In this document: positions 8,531 through 16,300 of the stretch, one piece after another
How positions within the stretch are numbered: the first letter of the stretch is position 1
How the letters are laid out: each line of letters opens with the position of its first letter
Assembly: GCA_026195895.1 (NCBI GenBank)
Contig: JAPHRO010000019.1
Span: 85,354-149,353 of the forward strand
Length of the DNA: 64,000 nt
Direction of reading: 5' to 3'
DNA from: Gammaproteobacteria bacterium
GTDB lineage: Bacteria > Pseudomonadota > Gammaproteobacteria > SZUA-229
Notes under the pieces: model-generated
Databases searched by the model: none
What the model was told of the DNA's origin: nothing
The model's input: the letters and a program-made list of their open reading frames with translations, nothing else
Made by a program: the position numbers and the translations under genes

Positions 8531-8767
8531 ATGACCCTAAAATCAGAATTAGTCGATGAATTAAATGTTCTGGCGCAATATAAATTATCGACAACCATGG
8601 AAGGCATTAAAGTGCACACCAATGCGAAACCAGAAATCATATCGGCAACCCAGCGTCTGTTTGATAAGGGGTTAATAACTCAGGTCGATGGTGGATATCT
8701 TACCGAAATGGGCCATGAAGCCGCCGAACATTTGCAAAAGGTTATCGCCTTTCTTACGCCCCACTAA
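8531..8767 (+). CDS. TIGR02647-family putative DNA-binding protein
   Basis: 78 aa. EGIKVH...RLFDKGLITQVDGGYLTEMGHEAAEH resembles this small conserved family. Confidence 0.5.
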   Translation: MTLKSELVDELNVLAQYKLSTTMEGIKVHTNAKPEIISATQRLFDKGLITQVDGGYLTEMGHEAAEHLQKVIAFLTPH

Positions 8768-8782
8768 ATAATTTTAATATCA

Positions 8783-9415
8783 ATGACCAAAGCCAGCGGG
8801 GAAATAACCCTTTATTATTTACATGACCCGATGTGTAGCTGGTGCTGGGGATTTCGGCCGACCTGGCAAAAGCTAATACGGCAACTGCCCAGCACGGTAA
8901 AGCCTGTGTATGTACTTGGTGGTCTCGCTCCAGACACAGACAATCCCATGCCTGAGCAGATGCAGCTCAATATCCAGGACACCTGGAAACAGATCCAGCA
9001 TGATATACCTGGCACCAGATTTAATTTCGATTTCTGGTCACAATGCACTCCCAGACGCTCGACTTATCCGGCCTGTCGCGCAATACTCGCCGCCAGAAAA
9101 CAAAACCCGTCTGCTGATCTGAAAATGTTGCTGGCCATTCAGCAATGCTACTATCTGGAAGCTCGCAATCCTTCAGATGCTGATGTCCTGATAGATCTGG
9201 CCAGCAACATCAAACTCGATGTAAATCAGTTTAAACAGGACCTTGTATCCGATGAAATAAACCAGCAACTGTTGAAGGAACTTGAGCTTTGCCAGCGGCT
9301 TGAAGTGAATAGTTTCCCAGGTCTGGTTTTACAGATATTTAATAAAAATCATCATATCCACATTGACTATGTGAACTGCAATTCAATGTTAAAGCAGATT
9401 AGTGCATTGACATGA
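8783..9415 (+). CDS. DsbA-family thioredoxin-fold protein (COG3531-like)
   Basis: YYLHDPMCSWCWGFRP carries a CxxC motif at the N-terminus of a roughly 210-aa thioredoxin-like protein. Confidence 0.7.
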   Translation: MTKASGEITLYYLHDPMCSWCWGFRPTWQKLIRQLPSTVKPVYVLGGLAPDTDNPMPEQMQLNIQDTWKQIQHDIPGTRFNFDFWSQCTPRRSTYPACRAILAARKQNPSADLKMLLAIQQCYYLEARNPSDADVLIDLASNIKLDVNQFKQDLVSDEINQQLLKELELCQRLEVNSFPGLVLQIFNKNHHIHIDYVNCNSMLKQISALT

Positions 9416-10212
9416 ATGATAAGGCACGCGATATCTGGAACCCGTATTTTTTTAACAGTTCACCAATATTTGATCCTATAAAAAAAGTCTCAAAAATACA
9501 CGCATCGTCCACTGACTGGCCTACACTGGAATCGTTACAAACACAGTTTGCCGTCAGTGATATCAATATCAAACCCGTACCTCAAGGCGGCAAGCCCGAA
9601 ACGTTTGAAGAACACTATGAACCAAGAATTTATCTAAAAGGCGAATTACAAACACGGACTGAAAATTGGCACGACTTCTTTAATGCCATGGTCTGGCTAA
9701 CTTTTCCTGAAACAAAAAATATATTAAACAAACTGCATTTTAAAGCAGCCACAAATCGTAATGCAGGAACCAATCGCAGCCCCCTTGAAAATGCCATCAC
9801 TTTATTTGATGAATGCGGCATTATTATTATCAGCGACGACGCATATTTGCTAAAACTGATCCGGCAACATGAATGGTCAGGCTTATTTTTACAGCATAGA
9901 GATAAATTCTTTAATCATGTCCAGTGCATTGTCTTTGGACATGCCATTTATGAAAAAAATCTGGCACCCTATATCGGTATGACCTGCCAGGCAATACTGA
10001 TTCATTCTGATGCATTATTAGAAACTGCCATATTGAAGCAATACTCGACTATAGATAACTGCCTCGCAGACTTATGGAACAAGGGCGCTATTCTCACCAG
10101 CCGTGATTTACAGCCATTTCCAGTATTGGGCGTACCTGGCTGGCACAATAAAAATAGTTCTGCTGATTTTTATGGGAACAGGGATTATTTTCGACCTCTA
10201 AAAAGAAGATAA
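9412..10212 (+). CDS. DUF3025-family protein
   Basis: 266 aa. The WHDFFNAMVWLTFPETKNILN block is typical of DUF3025. The start overlaps the DsbA-like stop (ATGA). Confidence 0.6.
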   Translation: MNDKARDIWNPYFFNSSPIFDPIKKVSKIHASSTDWPTLESLQTQFAVSDINIKPVPQGGKPETFEEHYEPRIYLKGELQTRTENWHDFFNAMVWLTFPETKNILNKLHFKAATNRNAGTNRSPLENAITLFDECGIIIISDDAYLLKLIRQHEWSGLFLQHRDKFFNHVQCIVFGHAIYEKNLAPYIGMTCQAILIHSDALLETAILKQYSTIDNCLADLWNKGAILTSRDLQPFPVLGVPGWHNKNSSADFYGNRDYFRPLKRR

Positions 10213-10538
10213 AGGCTTTGCTATTAATAATCAGTAACTTAAACTATTGTCTTAATGTTATGAGTGAAGACATTCTGACTGACTTGATAAATGTCGGATT
10301 GATATACGTGAACTGGCTCACATAATTCCCCCATTTGGGGTATTATTATTGTTTCATCTGGATCTAGGGCTTAATCAAGCACCTTCCTATATAAATGTTA
10401 AAAGCATCCAGCAGAGATGCATCTGCTAACATTGTAGGCCCTTCAATATATGGCCCCTGGTTTGTAGCCTTGGCATAAGAGATTTGCTTGCAATGTATAG
10501 TGCCTATTTGGAATTATGCTACACAGCAGGACTGATAT

Positions 10539-11999
10539 ATGAGTGCAGATATTTATAACTTTAAAAACAGTAAGCATCCGGGATTTATTACCACTGATAC
10601 CGATCCTGAATATGCTTCACAAATCATCAATGATTTCATTCGCAACAGCAGCGAATCAAGCAATAGTGCTATGCGAGCCACTGGCAGCAAACATCTGTTC
10701 AATCGACAGGATGTTCTAAAAGCGCTCTCCAGCCTGCAGCTAACCTACAAAGCCGAATTTATTCCTGGCCAAAAAGTTAATATCAATACTGATAATTTTA
10801 AATCTGCATTAATAAACAGTATGGCAAAACTGAATAACGTCGCCGTACCAAAAACCATGAATCAGATTGATTCGAGAACTGTAGATTTCGTCGAAATGAT
10901 ATTTGGCGCATTTCTTCGCGACAAAAATATTTCCAATGCTATTAAAACGCTGCTGCTAAAGTTGCAAATACCTGTCATTAAAACCTCTTTACTGGATACC
11001 AACTTTTTCTACAATGATAAACATCCAGCCAGGAACGTTCTTGATACGATCGCTCATATTGGTATCGGTATAGACACAAAAGAAAACACTGTATATCAAA
11101 CTATGGAGCTTATTATTGATCAATTGCTACGCGGCTTCGATCAAAACATAATCAGTTTCCATACAGCACTGTCATCATTAAATCGACTGACAGTCATTGA
11201 AAAAGAGAAGCTCGATCAAAACGAGAAAATTACCCGCAAGAACATCATCAAAGAACATGCAAGACAAATAGTACTGACACAATTGCAGTACCATACAATG
11301 AAAAAACCCATTCCCAAACCAGTTCAGCCATTAATCCTTAAGTACTGGTCAACCTTGATGTTTCATACATATATTCGCAATGGCAAAGACAGCAAGGAAT
11401 GGAATGAAGCCGTTGGTATTCTAAAACTATTAACGAATACTTTGCATTCGATTAAAGAAAAGAATGAATGGTGGTCCTTAAAAACCACCTATAAAGAAAT
11501 CGTTTACACAGTTTCTGAAAAGCTTAATAGCACCAAACAGTGTAAAGAAAAAATGTTTATGGCGGTTCGCAATCTAGAACGCATATATGAAACCATTTTA
11601 GAAAAATCAGGCTTTACAGAAGATGACGATGAAAGCTTCGAGGTTATAGAAACTGAAGCTGGTTTAACTTTTATAGATAATGAACCCTGCCCTATTGCAA
11701 CCAAGGCTGCGGCGGCTAAAGAAAAAATAAATCGTCTCCCGCCTGAAGTAAAACCAAATGCATGGTTTGAAATATACACTGGCGAAGATAGCACCGTAAG
11801 ACGCCTTAAACTGTCGGTTATCATTCAGGAAAATGCCAAGCTTATATTTGTCGACAGACTTGGAGTAAAGGTTATCGAGAAAGATGCCGATACTTTCGCT
11901 GCCGAACTCGCCGCAAATCAATCATTCTTTCTCGCTGACCATTCAATCTTTAACCATGCATTGAGTCAGGTTATCACATCAATTGCTGCCAGCAGATAA
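10539..11999 (+). CDS. DUF1631-like protein
   Basis: 486 aa. The C-terminal block WFEIYTGEDSTVRRLKLSVIIQENAKLIFVDRLGVKV resembles the conserved DUF1631 C-terminus. Preceded by a 326-nt non-coding gap. Confidence 0.5.
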   Translation: MSADIYNFKNSKHPGFITTDTDPEYASQIINDFIRNSSESSNSAMRATGSKHLFNRQDVLKALSSLQLTYKAEFIPGQKVNINTDNFKSALINSMAKLNNVAVPKTMNQIDSRTVDFVEMIFGAFLRDKNISNAIKTLLLKLQIPVIKTSLLDTNFFYNDKHPARNVLDTIAHIGIGIDTKENTVYQTMELIIDQLLRGFDQNIISFHTALSSLNRLTVIEKEKLDQNEKITRKNIIKEHARQIVLTQLQYHTMKKPIPKPVQPLILKYWSTLMFHTYIRNGKDSKEWNEAVGILKLLTNTLHSIKEKNEWWSLKTTYKEIVYTVSEKLNSTKQCKEKMFMAVRNLERIYETILEKSGFTEDDDESFEVIETEAGLTFIDNEPCPIATKAAAAKEKINRLPPEVKPNAWFEIYTGEDSTVRRLKLSVIIQENAKLIFVDRLGVKVIEKDADTFAAELAANQSFFLADHSIFNHALSQVITSIAASR

Positions 12000-12032
12000 G
12001 CTGCTGTAGCTTGTAATATTGATAGTTTATTA

Positions 12033-12057
12033 AGCCAGGTCCATAATCGACCTGGCT
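12033..12057 (+). terminator. Stem-loop after the DUF1631-like gene (no U-tract)
   Basis: agccaggtc-cataatc-gacctggct forms a perfect 9-bp stem, but no T run follows. Confidence 0.35.
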
Positions 12058-12114
12058 AATGACGAACTTTCTCTGCTAAAATACCCACCCGACTTAAAAC
12101 ACGCTTCATAACAG

Positions 12115-12504
12115 ATGAAATACTTTTTTCGCTATTTTTTCAGAACATTACGCATCATTCTTGGCCCAATACTATTATTATGGGACTGGATTACCTCTCC
12201 AGCTGGCATTAAACGTTCCCCCGAGGAACAGCAGGACATTGATAATAAAACAGGCAAGCTCGTGCTTTACCAATTCAGAACCTGTCCTTTTTGTATTAAA
12301 GCCAGACGTGCAATTAAGCGCCTATCCTTGAAAATAGAGTTACGTGATGCCCTCAGAAACAAGACGCATAGGAGCGAATTGTCCGAAGGCGGTGGACAGA
12401 TTAAAGTGCCTTGCTTAAGGATTGAAAATGACTCGGGAGACTATAGCTGGCTCTATGAGTCAGATGACATCATAGAATATCTGCAGAAAAACTTTTCCAG
12501 CTAA
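12115..12504 (+). CDS. Glutaredoxin-family protein with N-terminal hydrophobic segment
   Basis: LVLYQFRTCPFCIKARR carries the CPFC active site, and GGGQIKVPCL follows. The N-terminal segment ILGPILLLWDWI is hydrophobic. Confidence 0.75.
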   Translation: MKYFFRYFFRTLRIILGPILLLWDWITSPAGIKRSPEEQQDIDNKTGKLVLYQFRTCPFCIKARRAIKRLSLKIELRDALRNKTHRSELSEGGGQIKVPCLRIENDSGDYSWLYESDDIIEYLQKNFSS

Positions 12505-13668
12505 TTACTCAGCCGGCCAGAACGGCGTTGCTATACCGTCACCCAGATCAGCATGAATAAGACGTTTTCGAACGTCCAGTAACTTTTCAATCAATGCCGG
12601 CTCATCTTTTTCATAGGCTTCAGCGTCCGGCGTACGTTTAACAACAACGCCAAGCAGCTCAGTAATCGCATTACCAATAGAGTTTTGACTAATAGTAACT
12701 ATCAGATCCCCATCATCATTACGATAGATTAATTGTTTGAACGCAGGCTGCCAACGTATGGCGTTGGCATATTTAGCATCAGTTATACATTGATCACGCA
12801 CCATTTTAGCGGCACTGAGAAAATCATTATTGAATAACAATTTGCTTTCGATAAGATCAGGAAAATAAGAGTCTTTTGGTATCGGTGCATTGCGGGTTGA
12901 TACCTGGGAAAAAAATGATCGATAAAAATCCAGAAAGCCTTTTAATATCTGGTCATACTCTTTCCAGAATTGAATATCTTTCAGCGCATCCACACCGCCC
13001 TGTATTTTCCAGCTTGGTAAACCTTGCGGATAACCCGTCAATTCAATCTTCGACGATCCACGAGAAGTTGGCTTTAATATTTTAAAATCCAGTGAATCAA
13101 AAAAATGGCTATAGACATCACGCATATAAGCCTGAAACAAACTGTGCTGCCCACCATCAGTTAAATTTGGATTTTTCGGATCTGCAAATTCCGCCTTACG
13201 CAACTGCTCTTTATTGAAGACAATAAAGTGATTATGCAACATGCGGATACTGGGTACACCGGGCGAAGTTAATGGCCAGGTTGCATCAAGACTGGCCTCA
13301 CCAGCCAGAATTAATGCCTCATCAGGATCCGGATATTTTTCCACCATATATTCGATAATAATCTGGTTCATCCTGTTCCAGACATGTTTGGTAACTTCGG
13401 GAACCTGAGTACGCCGCACCGGTCTTCCCAGTGGATCAAGAATACATTCAGACGTATTAAATATTATTGAGGTATCAAATTCATTACTATGACCCAGGGC
13501 TTTGCGATATAACAATAAATGCTCCGGGTTTCGCAACAGTCCATTATTATTCGACAGGTCATTGAGATTTTCTGTACTGTTAAAAAACTCATTCGGCGCC
13601 ATGCCTTCTGGTACATCCAGTGGAATGGGACGAAATGGCGTAACGATCTCTCTTGGGCCTGACTGCAT
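12505..13668 (-). CDS. Hypothetical protein, 387 aa (possible distant HIT/GalT-like fold; unassigned)
   Basis: Long ORF with no family I recognise. Start moved to ATG 13668 (MQSGP) because the GTG at 13677 lies inside the GAGGTG Shine-Dalgarno. Only suggestive motif is SIRMLHNHFIVF. Confidence 0.6.
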   Translation of the reverse strand: MQSGPREIVTPFRPIPLDVPEGMAPNEFFNSTENLNDLSNNNGLLRNPEHLLLYRKALGHSNEFDTSIIFNTSECILDPLGRPVRRTQVPEVTKHVWNRMNQIIIEYMVEKYPDPDEALILAGEASLDATWPLTSPGVPSIRMLHNHFIVFNKEQLRKAEFADPKNPNLTDGGQHSLFQAYMRDVYSHFFDSLDFKILKPTSRGSSKIELTGYPQGLPSWKIQGGVDALKDIQFWKEYDQILKGFLDFYRSFFSQVSTRNAPIPKDSYFPDLIESKLLFNNDFLSAAKMVRDQCITDAKYANAIRWQPAFKQLIYRNDDGDLIVTISQNSIGNAITELLGVVVKRTPDAEAYEKDEPALIEKLLDVRKRLIHADLGDGIATPFWPAE

Positions 13669-13801
13669 AAATATCACCTCGGAACAAAAACCATACCTGT
13701 ATAATTGTTAATCTAATACGGGCTAATAATTCGCATCAAATAATATAGCATGACCAGTAAAATGGATTGACCAAGATCTATTAATGAGGCTATAAAGTCT
13801 T

Positions 13802-14683
13802 ATGCATCTAAATTATGATATGCCCTTATACCGTCCTCCAAGCGAAGCCAACAATCTAATTATCCAGGCCACGCTGGGCTGTAGCTTCAATCAGTGTAGC
13901 TTCTGCTCCATGTATACAGAAAAGCAATATAAACCCCGATCACTCAACGATATTGCGCAAGATATTCAAATCGCATCTCAACAACAGCCAGATACACAAC
14001 GAATTTTTCTAGCTGACGGGGATGCCCTCGCCTTGCCTGCCGAACATTTACTCAATATTTTACAGCGCCTGCAATCGGCATTTCCGCGACTGACTCGAGT
14101 CTCATGTTATGCAACACCATCCAATATCCTGCATAAAACTGAAGCTGAACTGGATCAACTGAAAAAAAACCAGCTCAGCCTGCTTTATCTTGGCATCGAA
14201 TCAGGATCAGACCTGATACTTAAAAAAATCACCAAAGGAGCAAGCCAACGAGGTATAGCTGACGCACTTCATAAAGCACACAATAGTGGTATCAAGGTAT
14301 CTGGAACAGTCATACTCGGTCTGGGAGGCACTCAGTATTGGCAGGAGCATATAGATGGCACGGTTGCGCTGATGAGTAAAGCACCGGTTAGCTATTTATC
14401 CACACTACAGTTATTTTTACATGAAAGTGCAATTAAAAATTTTAAAACCAAATTTAACGAGCCCTTTGAAAGCCCTGATGACATAGCCATTCTTAAGGAG
14501 CAACATCGGCTAATCGCTAATATCAATCCACCCATACCCGTCATATTTCGCTCAAATCATGCCTCCAATGCACTGGCGCTCGCAGGGGTACTGCCTAAAG
14601 ATCGAAAAAAATTACTTACACAGTTGGCTGCCGCTATTGCTGGTGACAAGCCACTAAGACCTGAATATTTACGCGGTTTGTAA
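13802..14683 (+). CDS. Radical SAM-type enzyme with CX4CX2C cluster motif
   Basis: PLYRPPSEANNLIIQATLGCSFNQCSFCSMY. Cys codons at 13880, 13895 and 13904 were read directly from the DNA. The TIM-barrel-like remainder contains LYLGIESGS. Confidence 0.75.
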   Translation: MHLNYDMPLYRPPSEANNLIIQATLGCSFNQCSFCSMYTEKQYKPRSLNDIAQDIQIASQQQPDTQRIFLADGDALALPAEHLLNILQRLQSAFPRLTRVSCYATPSNILHKTEAELDQLKKNQLSLLYLGIESGSDLILKKITKGASQRGIADALHKAHNSGIKVSGTVILGLGGTQYWQEHIDGTVALMSKAPVSYLSTLQLFLHESAIKNFKTKFNEPFESPDDIAILKEQHRLIANINPPIPVIFRSNHASNALALAGVLPKDRKKLLTQLAAAIAGDKPLRPEYLRGL

Positions 14684-14725
14684 ATCACCCTGTCTTATAT
14701 TTTATTTTGATCAACTTCATTCCGT

Positions 14726-14753
14726 ATTATCTATGACTTATTATCTAAGACTT
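14726..14753 (+). repeat. Tandem direct 14-mers attatcta(t/a)gactt x2
   Basis: 14726-14739 and 14740-14753 differ at one position. They lie in the orphan intergenic region downstream of the radical SAM gene. Confidence 0.6.
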
Positions 14754-14859
14754 AAAATATATTCGCTGATGCTTATATTTACTGATGAGGAAAAGTGCAG
14801 GTGGATACAAACAACAGTCTGTAAGACGGCAAACTGAAACGCACACTTTTCGAATTAAC

Positions 14860-14964
14860 ATGCTCACGGGATTCATCGTTGCTTGTATCGCGATTTTTAT
14901 GATTGTCACTGGGCATTACGACAGCATCCAAGCTCGAGAAGCTGCTGAAACACATATAGGATAG
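14860..14964 (+). CDS. Candidate small hydrophobic protein (34 aa), speculative
   Basis: ATG 14860 to TAG 14962-14964 encodes MLTGFIVACIAIFMIVTGHYDSIQAREAAETHIG (one TM plus a charged tail). No obvious Shine-Dalgarno. A strong terminator follows immediately. Confidence 0.2.
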   Translation: MLTGFIVACIAIFMIVTGHYDSIQAREAAETHIG

Positions 14965-14966
14965 AT

Positions 14967-15036
14967 AGCTGCTGGTGGCTTGATATACCTTGCTGCATTC
15001 TGGTATATGTGCCTGTTTAGACAGCAGCTTTTTTTG
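14967..15036 (+). terminator. Long composite hairpin plus U-tract (intrinsic terminator / possible sRNA 3' end)
   Basis: Outer stem agctgctg/cagcagct (8 bp). Inner stems ggc/gcc and atatacc/ggtatat. Followed by T7 at 15029-15035. Confidence 0.6.
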
Positions 15037-15061
15037 AAAAAATAATCGTCAGCTCTGTAAC

Positions 15062-15094
15062 AAAAAAACCTCGCAAAATAGCCGAGATTTTTTG
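15062..15094. terminator. Weak bidirectional terminator-like hairpin flanked by A7 and T6
   Basis: aaaaaaa-cctcgc-aaaata-gccgag-atttttt, lying just downstream of the minus-strand cNMP/rhodanese gene. Confidence 0.4.
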
Positions 15095-15116
15095 CTTGTA
15101 TAGTAGCTGTTAAAAG

Positions 15117-16175
15117 TTAATACACTGATTCAAGCTCATGTTCCCAGTCTCGGAGTCCACCATCAAGTGATACCACATCAAACTGATTCTGGGTCAGTAC
15201 CAGGCTCGCAACGGCGCTCCGACTACCACTATGACAATAAGTGATATATTTTTTACGTTTATCCAGTTCATCCATCCGATTACGTAATTCAAACAGGGGA
15301 ATTAAAATTGCACCCGGAATATGACTGTCATCATATTCTTCTGCGTAGCGAACATCGATAGGTATGTAATCGGTATCCACCATGGATTTAGCCACCTGCT
15401 GATTAACGGTTTTAATTAAAGGGTTACTAATAAGTTCTTCAAAATCTTTCTTATCCAGTACAGACAGAATACTATCTTCTTTCATCACCACTGTTTCAGA
15501 ACGCGTGTTACCCGAAATTAACGCTTCACAACCGAACGCGTCCCCTTTCTGCAGCTCTGCGATCTTCTGCGGTTCATCGTCATACAGACCAGTGGAATAG
15601 ACCTCCGCAGAGCCCGAAGTAATAATGTAATAGGAGCTTCCTTCATCACCTTGTTGAATAGCAGATTCACCCTTCTTCACCTGCTCGGTATGCATTCTGG
15701 CAAATGCCATTTCTACCAGTTCCAGTGGCATACGCCTGAATACCAGTGAGTTTCTGACCTGATCTAACTGGCTGGCCAATTCTTCATTGGTATCTTCCAT
15801 CATGTGGACGATTTCATCCCATGAAATAAGATCATCCAGCATTTCTCGATCGGCATGACAAATAATACAGTTGCTGCGTGCAACAACTGTACTAGTGGCA
15901 GGTTTTGATGGGAGTATTACAGGGGCTTTGCGGGTTTCTTCTGGTCCATCTATGCTACGCACTTCTCCACTCGTGATAACATTTAACTGCCCCTCAATGA
16001 CAAACAGATAATCTTTACCTTTACCCCCTGTTATCTGAAATATTTCCCCTTCGCGCATTTCAACAAAACGAACAATATTGACAACCTCTGACATACGCTC
16101 CTTCGATAAAAGGGTGAATGGCATATAATTTGTGGTCAGGTTATCAAGAACCTTTTCCATTTTTGTGCTGATCAT
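15117..16175 (-). CDS. Tandem cyclic-nucleotide-binding domains fused to a rhodanese (sulfurtransferase) domain
   Basis: Two cNMP-binding-like modules (FQITGGKGKDYLFVIEGQL and GDEGSSYYIITSGSAEV...GDAFGCEALI). The C-terminal rhodanese has the active-site loop YCHSGSRS. Confidence 0.8.
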   Translation of the reverse strand: MISTKMEKVLDNLTTNYMPFTLLSKERMSEVVNIVRFVEMREGEIFQITGGKGKDYLFVIEGQLNVITSGEVRSIDGPEETRKAPVILPSKPATSTVVARSNCIICHADREMLDDLISWDEIVHMMEDTNEELASQLDQVRNSLVFRRMPLELVEMAFARMHTEQVKKGESAIQQGDEGSSYYIITSGSAEVYSTGLYDDEPQKIAELQKGDAFGCEALISGNTRSETVVMKEDSILSVLDKKDFEELISNPLIKTVNQQVAKSMVDTDYIPIDVRYAEEYDDSHIPGAILIPLFELRNRMDELDKRKKYITYCHSGSRSAVASLVLTQNQFDVVSLDGGLRDWEHELESVY

Positions 16176-16227
16176 CGATGGATTCCCATAATAGATATAA
16201 TCTTTGACTGGTTTTGAATAATACCAG

Positions 16228-16237
16228 GATAGCTATC
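16228..16237. promoter_or_regulatory. Perfect 10-bp palindrome GATAGCTATC upstream of the cNMP/rhodanese gene
   Basis: Read directly from the DNA, 53 nt upstream of the ATG at 16175 on the minus strand. Confidence 0.3.
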
Positions 16238-16300
16238 TTATATTTAGTTCAGGCCATAGTGAGATTCAAGCGGAGAAATCGATAAAGACAAATAAAGTTA

